IMG/VR virus record: IMGVR_UViG_3300021964_000021
Span: 55,142 to 119,141 of that record
Direction: 5' to 3' (one strand)
Origin: a virus
Length of the DNA: 64,000 nt
Positions within the stretch are counted from its first letter, which is position 1; each line of letters begins with the position of its first letter. The notes beneath the pieces are model-generated. The model was not told where the DNA came from. It saw nothing but the letters and a program-made list of their open reading frames with translations, and ran no database searches. The position numbers and the translations under genes were made by a program. Below, piece after piece: positions 18,656-28,256 of the stretch.

Positions 18656-19405
18656 ATGGGAGTTGTTGTAGATAGATTGTCTGAAGAAAGAGATAATCTT
18701 ATAAAATCGAATGATTCAATTCCTGATCGCCGTAAGCGAGTAACGGAAGATATTGCAACATTTGGTCCTCCCGCAGAGGCAACCACTAATAATACTCTGG
18801 TTAATATTAATTCTGGTAATTCTTTTAAGAATGATATTATTGCAATAGGTGGAAATGTTGGACTTGGATCTGTTAGATATGGTTCTAGTACCAGCAATAT
18901 AACTTCTCAGTATGGATCTATTGTTGCTGGAGTTGGTACAACTACTGGTAATTTTACCTCAATCACTGGAATTGGATCAACTCAAGTCGTTGCATTTGGC
19001 AGAGTTAATGCTGATGTTGCGAAGATTTATGATTATCCAAATCTAACAAATTATAATACGGATTTGGTGCTTGATGGTGAGGGTTTTGTTACTTTAACAG
19101 CATCTAATGTTGGGCAAGGAGTTAGCACTAGGGTTTATCAGTCTGGTGGATCTCAACTAGGACTTGTTTATGATATTACTGGACCTGCAGTTGATGTGAC
19201 TTCGTTGATAAGTCAGTACAATACCGTGTGGGATAAATCTCAGAGTTATGCTGACGTTGCTACCAGGGCTCAAGAGTTAGTTGGTGACGCTCGTTTTGCT
19301 GATTGGGGTCTTTATAGGCAAGAGGCAAAAAATAACGTTGAGATTGGCAATCTCAATACTTCTATTGGGATTGCTTCTGATACTACATATGGTGGTCCAT
19401 GGTAG
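18656..19405 (+). CDS. Hypothetical virion structural protein
   Basis: 249 aa with AGGAG RBS; Gly/Thr-rich AGVGTTT and GIGST motifs typical of cyanophage structural proteins. Confidence 0.5.
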   Translation: MGVVVDRLSEERDNLIKSNDSIPDRRKRVTEDIATFGPPAEATTNNTLVNINSGNSFKNDIIAIGGNVGLGSVRYGSSTSNITSQYGSIVAGVGTTTGNFTSITGIGSTQVVAFGRVNADVAKIYDYPNLTNYNTDLVLDGEGFVTLTASNVGQGVSTRVYQSGGSQLGLVYDITGPAVDVTSLISQYNTVWDKSQSYADVATRAQELVGDARFADWGLYRQEAKNNVEIGNLNTSIGIASDTTYGGPW

Positions 19406-19408
19406 GAG

Positions 19409-19437
19409 TTGACAACAACACCTGATCAGTGTATAAT
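19409..19437 (+). promoter_or_regulatory. Sigma70-type promoter driving the tRNA region
   Basis: Perfect TTGACA-N17-TATAAT. Confidence 0.85.
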
Positions 19438-19499
19438 ATAAAGGTAATCAGTTGAGGGGTCGCCCAAGTCTCAGTCTAGATCTCTTACAGATTACACTC

Positions 19500-19571
19500 G
19501 CGGAGTTAGTTCAGCGGTAGAACGCTATCCTTCCAAGTTAGATGTCGTCGGTTCGATTCCGATACTCCGCT
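19500..19571 (+). tRNA. trnG: tRNA-Gly(TCC)
   Basis: Acceptor GCGGAGT/ACTCCGC, D-arm GTTC/GAAC, anticodon loop CT-TCC-AA, T-loop GGTTCGATTCC; no encoded CCA. Confidence 0.92.
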
Positions 19572-19604
19572 TCCCCCTTCGGGGGCAATCATTATAAAAG
19601 GTCT

Positions 19605-19760
19605 ATGCGTCCAGAAACACGTAAATCGATGGAAATGTTGTTCACTGCAAAGTGGAATTTACCAAAAGCAGCAGAACATGCTAATCTGACTAATAAGGAA
19701 ATGAAGATTACTTTTAATGAGTATTGTCATTTTCATCCACCAACTTATAAAGTATCTTAA
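19605..19760 (+). CDS. Small hypothetical protein
   Basis: MRPETRKSMEMLFTAKWNLPKAA...; start moved downstream of the tRNA. Confidence 0.65.
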   Translation: MRPETRKSMEMLFTAKWNLPKAAEHANLTNKEMKITFNEYCHFHPPTYKVS

Positions 19761-19791
19761 TAAACGTCATTTATTAAGAATACTTATTTTT

Positions 19792-19875
19792 GGGAGCGTG
19801 GCGGAATCGGTAGACGCACCAGACTTAAAATCTGTTGAGAATTATCTCGTGGGGGTTCAAGTCCCCCCGCTCCTA
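19792..19875 (+). tRNA. trnL: tRNA-Leu(TAA)
   Basis: Acceptor GGGAGCG/CGCTCCT, anticodon loop CT-TAA-AA, long variable arm GAGA-ATTA-TCTC, T-loop GGTTCAAGTCC. Confidence 0.93.
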
Positions 19876-19953
19876 TTGGGAAGGAGTACCCAAAGACTCT
19901 ATGTAGAAAGAGCGCCTTCCCTTAAAAACTAAATATTAGGAAACGGTAACAGT

Positions 19954-20256
19954 ATGAGTACGAAGCTCAAGCTTACTAAAGCATACTGCTGGTACGATTC
20001 AATGGAATTGGGAGTACCAGAAAGAGTAGTCAAAATGTACTTCATAAATGGCATACCTTTTACCTGGGATGAATTGACAGAAGCAGAAGAAGAAAATTAT
20101 TCTTGTAGAATTGCTGCTGACACACATAAACTTCGTTATACGCCAGAACACTTATTCCAATCTTCTGGATATTTAATAATGGAAGAATGTCATCCTTGTT
20201 TTTTTGAATTGGAATTAGAAAATCCAGAAATGCTTGCTGAGTTAGATGAATCTTGA
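19954..20256 (+). CDS. Hypothetical protein
   Basis: 100-aa ORF; YCWY...VKMYFINGIPFTWDEL...EECHPCF. Confidence 0.65.
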   Translation: MSTKLKLTKAYCWYDSMELGVPERVVKMYFINGIPFTWDELTEAEEENYSCRIAADTHKLRYTPEHLFQSSGYLIMEECHPCFFELELENPEMLAELDES

Positions 20257-20797
20257 TTATTCTAGAGAACCACATGCAATGTTCTCTGTTCCATTTTTTG
20301 TTGAAAAAGTTGATCTAGATAAGATTGACTTTAATGATAATCCTACTTTTGCCCCATCTTTTTTGAGTGGAGTAAATTCAAGCCTTTCTGGGGATTCTTT
20401 GACTGATGAAGCTTATGAATATTTGGGATCTATAATCTCAGAATGTATTGGTAGATTTTCTGATAAACCTTTTGCTATTGGTCAAGTATGGAGGAATGAA
20501 TATAATAAAGAGGATTGGCAAGATCCTCATATTCATTCTGGTGCTCAATGGAGTTTTATCATATATGATACCGTTCAATGTTCTAAAACAGTATTCATGA
20601 ATCCTGCCAGGAAGGAATACATGAATCAATGGGGAATGTATGCCCATACTATTCCAATGGACTTTATTCCAGAAATTCCCTCTGGTGGTATGATTATATT
20701 CCCTTCCTGGGTCGAGCACTTTGTAATGTCTGGTAATGAAGGATCAACAATATCTGGGAACATTTACCTTGTGGAACCTCCAGCAGGACCACAATAG
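20246..20797 (+). CDS. 2OG-Fe(II) oxygenase family protein
   Basis: WRNEY...QDPHIH...WSFIIY...IIFPSWVEHFV...TISGNI double-stranded beta-helix (DSBH) pattern. Confidence 0.8.
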   Translation: MNLDYSREPHAMFSVPFFVEKVDLDKIDFNDNPTFAPSFLSGVNSSLSGDSLTDEAYEYLGSIISECIGRFSDKPFAIGQVWRNEYNKEDWQDPHIHSGAQWSFIIYDTVQCSKTVFMNPARKEYMNQWGMYAHTIPMDFIPEIPSGGMIIFPSWVEHFVMSGNEGSTISGNIYLVEPPAGPQ

Positions 20798-20799
20798 AC

Positions 20800-20871
20800 G
20801 CCCTTGTAGCTCAGTGGTAGAGCAGCTGTCTTGTAAACAGCAGGTCGTCCGTTCAAATCGGATCGGGGGCT
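20800..20871 (+). tRNA. trnT: tRNA-Thr(TGT)
   Basis: Acceptor GCCCTTG/CGGGGGC, D-arm GCTC/GAGC, anticodon stem GCTGT/ACAGC with CT-TGT-AA, T-loop GTTCAAATC. Confidence 0.93.
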
Positions 20872-20874
20872 TTT

Positions 20875-21990
20875 ATGTTTGACGCAGAAATATATAACTA
20901 TGATTCTGATAAATATCGCTTTCGTGATATTATATTAGATTCTATTCATAAGTATTACCCAGATGTGGTTGATCTGGAACACCTTCATGAAATAGTTCCA
21001 TATAAGCATATTGGGGATCTTGCTAAAAAAATTGGCAAGGATATTGCAGACACTGATTTTTATCAAAGATTTGATGAACTAATTGCTGAGAAAGTTCTTC
21101 CACTGTTGCCAACTGATGTTTTAGTGCAGAGGTTTGGTAATATTAGAATAACTGTTCCAGATCAAGATAAGGTTGGTACAGTTCTTCCATTCCACCAGGG
21201 TAAATGGGTTGGCAATGGTTTGGGGTTGAGAACAATATGGTTACCTTTTACTGATGCATATGAATCTAATTCTCTACAGATACTTGACATAGAGAAGAGT
21301 AGATGGATTACTGAGGGTTGTCTCAAAGAGAACTGGGATTATCAGAGATTCCAACACTTTTGTTTAAATCATTGTAAACCTGTTAACATAACTCAGAATC
21401 AGTTTTTGCTGTTCACTCAAGAGAATATTCATGGTGCGGTTCCCAACAGAACTGGTAAGACTAGAATAAGTATTGATGTTAGAGTTCTGTTGAGGGATGG
21501 ACAACCTCACAGGAAATGGCCAGGATCATATTTTAGAATACTTGGTGATACGGATATTCAGTCAAGGAGTGTTCCTATTCTGGATCACGAGAACGTTGTC
21601 ATGTATGCAGAATATGATGGATTTAAAACTCAATATATAGATTTGTATTTCCAGACGTTGACAGTAAAAGAATATTGTCATAGGATGGGATATACGTTCC
21701 CCCATCAAACAGGTGATAACGAGGGAAGAAATCATGTATATTTGGAATATTTGATCAAACAAGGTAATGTTGATCATATACTGATGTTCAGTATATTCTC
21801 TCTGCCTGATGATAAAGAGAGAAGACAGCATATTATGGAATTGGCTTTAGAGTTTAGAGTCAAACTCCACTTTGCTAACGAGGAATTTGTTCTCGATAGT
21901 CAAGATAACTTGGATAAGATTGAATATATACGCAATTTTACCAACGACTGGAGTAATCCTACGCATGAAAATAAATCTTTGGTACTCTAA
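20875..21990 (+). CDS. 2OG-Fe(II) oxygenase (StrG-like, HxG motif) fused to a C-terminal domain resembling the sporadic carbohydrate cluster protein
   Basis: VQRFGNIRITVP...LPFHQG...IWLPFTDAYESNSL...IHGAVPNRTGKTRISIDVR; C-terminal QTLTVKEYC...ILMFSIFSLP...LHFANEE. Confidence 0.7.
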   Translation: MFDAEIYNYDSDKYRFRDIILDSIHKYYPDVVDLEHLHEIVPYKHIGDLAKKIGKDIADTDFYQRFDELIAEKVLPLLPTDVLVQRFGNIRITVPDQDKVGTVLPFHQGKWVGNGLGLRTIWLPFTDAYESNSLQILDIEKSRWITEGCLKENWDYQRFQHFCLNHCKPVNITQNQFLLFTQENIHGAVPNRTGKTRISIDVRVLLRDGQPHRKWPGSYFRILGDTDIQSRSVPILDHENVVMYAEYDGFKTQYIDLYFQTLTVKEYCHRMGYTFPHQTGDNEGRNHVYLEYLIKQGNVDHILMFSIFSLPDDKERRQHIMELALEFRVKLHFANEEFVLDSQDNLDKIEYIRNFTNDWSNPTHENKSLVL

Positions 21991-22147
21991 AAGTATGCAA
22001 CAGTGGCGCTGGACACTCGCACAAGAGTGTAGAAACGGCACTACAAAAGGGAGGCAACATTCTGGTCAACAACCGTTCCTTAGGGATGCAATGAATGATG
22101 TTGCTAACACTGTTGAATATATTTTGAGTGCGACAGAGAATGAATAA
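21965..22147 (+). CDS. Small hypothetical protein
   Basis: MKINLWYSKSMQQWRWTL...LRDAMNDVANTVEY. Confidence 0.65.
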   Translation: MKINLWYSKSMQQWRWTLAQECRNGTTKGRQHSGQQPFLRDAMNDVANTVEYILSATENE

Positions 22148-22150
22148 ATA
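22144..22150 (+). promoter_or_regulatory. T4-type late promoter ATAAATA
   Basis: ATAAATA 30 nt upstream of the tail fibre ATG. Confidence 0.6.
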
Positions 22151-22180
22151 AATCATAGCAAAAGCATCTAGTGGAATAAA

Positions 22181-25100
22181 ATGGGTCTTAGTCGCTTAGA
22201 TAATTTCCTCAAGAATAGTAAAGGTGATATCCTTTACGTCGATCCTTCTAGTATTGACTCGACGGATAGTATTGAAAACCAGGGCAATTCCCTTGTTAGA
22301 CCCTTCAAGACTATTCAAAGAGCACTTTTAGAAGCAGCAAGATTCTCTTATCAGAAGGGTCTGGATAATGATAGATTTAGTAGAACAACGATCATCGTTT
22401 ATCCTGGTGAGCACCTTATTGATAACAGACCTGGATGGATTCCCATTCATGATAAACCATTAGTTGGTGACAACTGGTTGACTCGTAGTGGATCTACGTC
22501 AAATGATCTTACTCAGTTTACCTTAGATACTAATTTTGATATTGATGATCCAGAGAATGATCTTTATAAGATGAACTCTGTCTACGGTGGTGTAATTATC
22601 CCCCGTGGTACATCTATTGTTGGTATGGACCTTCGTAAGACGAAGATCCGTCCGATGTTCGTTCCTGATCCTGCAGACGCAGATATTAAACAGACCTGTT
22701 TATTCCGTGTAACTGGTACTTGCTACTTCTATCAGTTCACATTCTTTGATGCTAATCCCAATGCGTCTGTCTTTAAAGACTATGGTCTGACAAAGTACGT
22801 TCCTAATTATTCTCACCATAAAGTTACTTGTTTTGAGTATGCTGATGGTGTAAACGATGTTGGATTTAATGATAATTTCTTAAATTATTCTTCTGAGAGA
22901 ACTGACCTTGATATCTTCTATGAGAAGATTGGACTTGTCTTTGGTCCTTCTAGCGGAAGAAATGTATCTCCAGACTTCCCAGACTCTGGACTTGACATTC
23001 AAACCAAGATTGATGAATTTAGAATTGTTGGTTCTAAGGGTGAGAATGTTGGTATCAATAGTATTAAAGCAGGTGATGGTATCACTGCAAATACAACTAT
23101 TGAAGTTGAACTCACCGAAGCTATTGGTGGACTTGATGTAGATACTCCGATTAGAATTGAAGGTGTACCTACTGGTGGATATAATGGTTCCTTTGTAATT
23201 AGTGAGGTTCAAAGTCCCACTAAGATTGCTTACGAAGTATCTACTCCACCAGCAAATGCACTTCCATCTATTGTTGCAGGTGCTCCAACACTGAATATTG
23301 TTGTTGACTCTGTAACTTCTGCATCTCCATATATCTTTAACTGCTCACTCCGTTCTGTATACGGTATGTGCGGTCTTCATGCTGATGGTAGTAAGGCAGA
23401 TGGATTCAAGTCCATGGTTGTTGCCCAGTTTACGGGTATTGGACTTCAAAAGGATGATACTGCATTCGTAAAATATAATGCAATCTCTGGTGTATATGAA
23501 GACTCTACTGCCGTAAGTAACTTACACACCGACACCTCTGCAGTTTACAAACCAGACTACGAGAACTTCCATATTAAAGCATCTAATGATGCATTCTTGC
23601 AGTTGGTTTCTGTGTTCGCTATTGGATATGCGAATCACTTTGTTGCTGAGTCTGGTGGTGACCACTCAGTTACGAACTCTAACTCCAACTTTGGTGCAAA
23701 AGCACTTGTATGTTCTGGATTCAGAAATAATGCATTCCCAAGAGATGATACTGGATTTATCACTCACGTTCTTCCTCCTCAAAAACTTGATGATAATGAA
23801 GTAACTATTGAATTTGCATCGATTGACGTACAAAAAACTATCGATGCTGGTAATGATAATAGATTATATCTTTATAATGAGATCAATCAAAATATTCCTC
23901 CAAAGTCTGTACTTGAGGGATATCGAATTGGTGCAAAAGTCGATGATAGACTGAAAGTTATCATCAACGAGAATAATGTTCCTCAGACTAAAACTGCCAA
24001 AATTGTAATGCCAGACACCCAAGGAACGGGTGTCTATGAGGTAACTTCCACGAAGTTATCTACTGTTGGTAGAACTGCTATTGGTATCAATAGTATTACC
24101 TCCAATATTTTCACTCTGACTGAAGGACATCAGTTTAAGTCTGGTGAATCTGTACGTATTCTTAGTGATGATGGTGAACTCCCAGATGGTCTGGATCACA
24201 ATAGAGTTTATTATGCTATTACTGCTGGTATTAATACTGACCAGATTAAATTAGCACAAACTCTGAATGATACTATTAGTGCTTCTGCCGTTGTTGTAAA
24301 CAGTAAGGGTGGTATTCTTCAGATTGAATCTAGAGTATCTGATAAGAAGTCTGGTGATATTGGTCACCCAATTCAGTATGATGCTAATATTGGGCAATGG
24401 TATGTTAATGTATCCGATAACAATGAGATTTATAATACTGTTGTAGGACTTGGCACAAGTTCTCTTGGCGCAGCAACTCCAAAAACATTTATTAGCAGAA
24501 CTCCAGATAACAGAGGTCTTGAGGATGGAATCTATAAGGTAAGATACGTTGTACCAAAAGATTCTACTGTTCTTGGTAGACCACCTGAGGATTCATTTGT
24601 TCTTCAAGAATCTAGCACTACCGTTGGATTTACCAATCAAGAAGTCGCTAAATTTAAAAGTACATCGCCAGTAGTCCTCTCAAATACATCTGAGATCAGA
24701 AATCCAAGATTTATTTCGGATACTGAATGGGATGCAATCGTTGGTATTGCTACAATTAAAACTGAAATTCCCCATGATTTGTCTGTAGGATCTAAAGTAC
24801 AAATCTCAAATATTATCTCGACTGCAAATACTACTGGTCTTGGTAATACTGGATTTAATGGTGTTTTTAGTGTTACTGCTACTCCTGATAGAAAATCTTT
24901 TAGTGTTGGTCTGACTACTAATCCTGGTATTTTTAGTAACAATATTAATCTTAGAACTACAAGCCTTCCTAGATTTGAGCGTAAAGAGTATAATACTACT
25001 TTATTTGTATACAGAAAGGAAGAGATTCAAGAATATATTCCTAATGCAAAAGATGGTGTCTACCATCTGACTTTGATTGCTGCAGATTCTCAACCACAGG

Positions 25101-28009
25101 TTGCACCATTCCAAAATCTTAGATACAGTCAACCTCTTAAGAATCTTTATCCTCAGCTTGATAGAGATAATCCAACATCTGATCCTGAACAGACTAGAAC
25201 CTTCGCTCTGCCAACTCCACTTGGTTTGACTGAAGTTAATAATCCAAAGAATAGTCTTACAAAAGAGGTTATTAATAAGAGAACTAGAGACTTTGTATCT
25301 GGTATTAATATTGTTGAGATTACATCTTCCTCTGGAACCGCTCATACAGTAACTACTTCTGGAGACCACGGTCTTAATTACATCACTAAAGTTGGCATTA
25401 CTAGTGTTGGTGCTAATTACGGTGATGGATCTGGTAGTGTTCAGACACTTCATAACGCAAAATTGGTCGGATTTGCTGGATCTACAACTGGTAAATATGC
25501 AACTGCTAATATTGAGATTGATGCTACTGGTTCTATCTCTGACATCAAGATTGTTGATGGTGGATCTGCATATGGAATTGGTAATACCCTGTCTGTTGTT
25601 GGTGTTGGTACAACTACGGGACACATCCGTGGTTATGTAACAGTTGAGCACATTCACAATAGTATTGGTGATGTTCTTCGCATTGATGGAATCAGAGATG
25701 ACAGATTCAGGGATTACAATAACCTCTACAGAATTACAAGTATAGGTAATGGTGATGATGTAAACATTAATGTTGCTTCTGCAAGCACGGTATATTATAG
25801 AGAACAATTCGCTGCTCCTGCTGCTATCACTGGTATTAACACCAATGGATTAACTCAGATTAGCTCTGCTGTTCTCTCTGACACTACTGCTTATCTAACT
25901 GGTGATGCAATTGGTATCAGTTCTATTACATATGATAACTTATCTGGTATCTCCAGCATTACTACTGTTGATTCTCATGGTTTGTTGGTTGGCAACTCCA
26001 TTGTAATTGGTGGAGCAGGTAATTCCCTGATTGATGGACACTGGAGTGTTGATACTGTCTATAATGTCAATAGTATTGCAGTTAAGATTGGTATTGGTAC
26101 AACCACAGTAACACCAACTGGTGGTGGATTTATCTATAGAACTGGTGTTAATGCACAAGCATCTGGAATTGATCGTGCAGATGAAGCATCTTCTTCCAGA
26201 CTCGTACCACAATATGCTGGTATTACTACTACCTTGGCAGCTGCGCTGACCGATCCAACACTTAATACGTTGACTGTTACTAATGCATCTCACATGGGAT
26301 GGGATGTTGGTGACTATCTCATTATTGATAATGAAATAATGAGAATTGGTGAGTCTGTTACTAGTGATACTGCGATTGATGTCTTCCGTGGACTGTTTGG
26401 ATCTCAGAAGCAAAACCATGTAATTGGTGCTGTCGCAAGAAAAGTTAAGTTTGAACCAGTTGAATTTAGAAGAAACTCTATTATTCGTGCATCTGGTCAT
26501 ACCTTTGAATATCTTGGATTTGGACCTGGTAACTACTCCACTGCTCTTCCTGAGAGACAAGATAGGCAGTTCAAGCAAGTTGAGAGACTTCTGTCTCAGT
26601 CTATCTCTGTTAATGCAGGTACTCCGTTCTATAATGGACTTGATGACCAAGGTAACTCTTATACTGTTAACAAGTTTACTAGTGGTACTACAGGACAAGA
26701 TTTAATTACCAATGCACCAATTCCTACTGTAACTGGTGAGGATATTACTAGCGATACTGGTGCAGTTGGATTTGATGTAGATCAAACCGAACAACTGTCT
26801 GTTACTAGAGGTATTAAGGTTGACGGTGGTAAAGATAATGTTATTATCTCTCAGTTTAACGGTCCTCTTGTTGTTAATAAGAAACTGACTGTTAATGACT
26901 CTCTGGAAGGTAATAGTCTTTTGATCCAGGGTGATCAAACTATTGCTAGAGAGTATACAGTTGGCATCTCCACACCACAAATTGCAGGTAATGTTGGTAA
27001 TGTTGTCTATGATGCAGAACCAAATTCTGGTGGTGAGATTGGATGGGTTTATACTAATGACAACAACTGGAAGAAGTTTGGTCCTATTCAGGCAAATCCA
27101 GACAATTATTATGTTGGTCTCTGGAGTGGAACATTTAGAGGTGATGGATCTGGTCTGACAAACGTATCTGACGTTTGGGTGTTTGACGGTGTTGGTATCT
27201 CTACTACTGCAAACGTTGGTATTGAGACGACCTCAGCAAAACCAGGTTATTCTCTGTATGCTAGTGGTCCTGTTCTTTTTGAAAATAACGTTGAGTTTAG
27301 AACTCAATCGCTGGTTTGGAACATTCCAAACGGTTGGATTGTAGAGACTGGTATTAGTACCTTTAATCAGCAAGTCAACTTCAATACTGTCAATGCAGTC
27401 GGTGTTGCTACATTCTTGCAGAGTGTCATTGTCTCTACTGATCCTGCAGTTACAAATGATGCGTCTGATAATGATGGTAACTTTGTCAGATTTGTTCAGA
27501 CTGACCCAGCACTTAATGCCTCTTATGGATATGGTGGTCTGAAGTTTGAAGGTAATGACATTGGTAACACTGGTGAGCGTGGATACATCAAGGGTCTATC
27601 TGAGGGTACTTCTGGACAATTTGCTCTGGTCTTTGGTACAATGGAGAACGGAGTCTCCAATCCTCAGGAGAGACTCAGAATCAACGCTGCTGGTAATGCA
27701 AACTTCTCTGGCACAGTCACTGCTAACTCTGATGAAAAACTGAAGGAGAATGTTGTTGGTATCACCAACGCACTTGAGAAGGTCATGGATCTTAGAGGTG
27801 TCTACTTCAACCGTATTGGTAAAGAAGAGCGCGAGATTGGTGTTATTGCACAAGAAGTTGAGAAGATTCTTCCTGAACTTGTTAAGGAAGGTCCAGATGG
27901 AACCAAAGCAGTTGCATATCAAAATATGGTTGCGGTGCTTGTTGAAGCAATCAAAGAGCAACAAGAACAAATTAATGAACTAAGATTGAGATTGGATTAT
28001 CTTAAATGA
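22181..28009 (+). CDS. Large tail fibre/tailspike with C-terminal peptidase S74 intramolecular chaperone
   Basis: 1942 aa; N-terminal MGLSRLDNFLK...RPFKTIQRALLEAARFSY; C-terminal SDEKLKENV...LRGVYF...IGVIAQEVEKILPELV...VAYQNMVAVLVEAIKEQQ = S74 chaperone. Confidence 0.85.
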   Translation: MGLSRLDNFLKNSKGDILYVDPSSIDSTDSIENQGNSLVRPFKTIQRALLEAARFSYQKGLDNDRFSRTTIIVYPGEHLIDNRPGWIPIHDKPLVGDNWLTRSGSTSNDLTQFTLDTNFDIDDPENDLYKMNSVYGGVIIPRGTSIVGMDLRKTKIRPMFVPDPADADIKQTCLFRVTGTCYFYQFTFFDANPNASVFKDYGLTKYVPNYSHHKVTCFEYADGVNDVGFNDNFLNYSSERTDLDIFYEKIGLVFGPSSGRNVSPDFPDSGLDIQTKIDEFRIVGSKGENVGINSIKAGDGITANTTIEVELTEAIGGLDVDTPIRIEGVPTGGYNGSFVISEVQSPTKIAYEVSTPPANALPSIVAGAPTLNIVVDSVTSASPYIFNCSLRSVYGMCGLHADGSKADGFKSMVVAQFTGIGLQKDDTAFVKYNAISGVYEDSTAVSNLHTDTSAVYKPDYENFHIKASNDAFLQLVSVFAIGYANHFVAESGGDHSVTNSNSNFGAKALVCSGFRNNAFPRDDTGFITHVLPPQKLDDNEVTIEFASIDVQKTIDAGNDNRLYLYNEINQNIPPKSVLEGYRIGAKVDDRLKVIINENNVPQTKTAKIVMPDTQGTGVYEVTSTKLSTVGRTAIGINSITSNIFTLTEGHQFKSGESVRILSDDGELPDGLDHNRVYYAITAGINTDQIKLAQTLNDTISASAVVVNSKGGILQIESRVSDKKSGDIGHPIQYDANIGQWYVNVSDNNEIYNTVVGLGTSSLGAATPKTFISRTPDNRGLEDGIYKVRYVVPKDSTVLGRPPEDSFVLQESSTTVGFTNQEVAKFKSTSPVVLSNTSEIRNPRFISDTEWDAIVGIATIKTEIPHDLSVGSKVQISNIISTANTTGLGNTGFNGVFSVTATPDRKSFSVGLTTNPGIFSNNINLRTTSLPRFERKEYNTTLFVYRKEEIQEYIPNAKDGVYHLTLIAADSQPQVAPFQNLRYSQPLKNLYPQLDRDNPTSDPEQTRTFALPTPLGLTEVNNPKNSLTKEVINKRTRDFVSGINIVEITSSSGTAHTVTTSGDHGLNYITKVGITSVGANYGDGSGSVQTLHNAKLVGFAGSTTGKYATANIEIDATGSISDIKIVDGGSAYGIGNTLSVVGVGTTTGHIRGYVTVEHIHNSIGDVLRIDGIRDDRFRDYNNLYRITSIGNGDDVNINVASASTVYYREQFAAPAAITGINTNGLTQISSAVLSDTTAYLTGDAIGISSITYDNLSGISSITTVDSHGLLVGNSIVIGGAGNSLIDGHWSVDTVYNVNSIAVKIGIGTTTVTPTGGGFIYRTGVNAQASGIDRADEASSSRLVPQYAGITTTLAAALTDPTLNTLTVTNASHMGWDVGDYLIIDNEIMRIGESVTSDTAIDVFRGLFGSQKQNHVIGAVARKVKFEPVEFRRNSIIRASGHTFEYLGFGPGNYSTALPERQDRQFKQVERLLSQSISVNAGTPFYNGLDDQGNSYTVNKFTSGTTGQDLITNAPIPTVTGEDITSDTGAVGFDVDQTEQLSVTRGIKVDGGKDNVIISQFNGPLVVNKKLTVNDSLEGNSLLIQGDQTIAREYTVGISTPQIAGNVGNVVYDAEPNSGGEIGWVYTNDNNWKKFGPIQANPDNYYVGLWSGTFRGDGSGLTNVSDVWVFDGVGISTTANVGIETTSAKPGYSLYASGPVLFENNVEFRTQSLVWNIPNGWIVETGISTFNQQVNFNTVNAVGVATFLQSVIVSTDPAVTNDASDNDGNFVRFVQTDPALNASYGYGGLKFEGNDIGNTGERGYIKGLSEGTSGQFALVFGTMENGVSNPQERLRINAAGNANFSGTVTANSDEKLKENVVGITNALEKVMDLRGVYFNRIGKEEREIGVIAQEVEKILPELVKEGPDGTKAVAYQNMVAVLVEAIKEQQEQINELRLRLDYLK

Positions 28010-28194
28010 ATCTGTGGAGAATCTGGGCAAAAGCACTAGGTCAAAAGGAGGGTAAAAATGATAGAGAGGCAGATATTGTTGCTTGCATACGCACCTTTAT
28101 TCTTATTTGTTACATGGTCACTAATGTGGCTATCGTGGCAAATGCCGTAAGGCATTGGAACGATGTTCCTACGCCAGCTTGCGAAGTGTCATAG
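28006..28194 (+). CDS. Small hypothetical membrane protein
   Basis: WRIWAKALG...ADIVACIRT plus a hydrophobic helix. Confidence 0.6.
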   Translation: MNLWRIWAKALGQKEGKNDREADIVACIRTFILICYMVTNVAIVANAVRHWNDVPTPACEVS

Positions 28195-28197
28195 TAT

Positions 28198-28218
28198 GGG
28201 GGCAATGCCCCCTTTTTT
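28198..28218 (+). terminator. Rho-independent terminator
   Basis: GGGGGC-AAT-GCCCCC hairpin followed by TTTTTT. Confidence 0.75.
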
Positions 28219-28256
28219 ATGGTGTATACTTACTGCATACAACGATCTTCGCATTC

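Noticed and set aside
19572-19586. CCCCC-TTCG-GGGG hairpin after tRNA-Gly as a terminator
   Set aside because: No U-tract follows; more likely an RNA-stabilising UUCG hairpin
19792-19875. Possible group I intron in tRNA-Leu(UAA), as in many cyanobacteria
   Set aside because: The anticodon loop is contiguous and the gene has normal length
19542-19932. Track ORFs starting at 19542 and 19717
   Set aside because: They overlap tRNA-Gly and tRNA-Leu; only the 19605-19760 portion is a plausible gene
22880-27983. Long antisense and alternative-frame ORFs (e.g. 25001-25807, 25940-26698) within the tail fibre
   Set aside because: No motifs; expected by-product of the sense strand's biased codon usage
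28155-28256. N-terminal extension of the 1075-aa ORF
   Set aside because: Spans the previous gene's end, a terminator hairpin and a -10 box; GTG 28257 is the more plausible start
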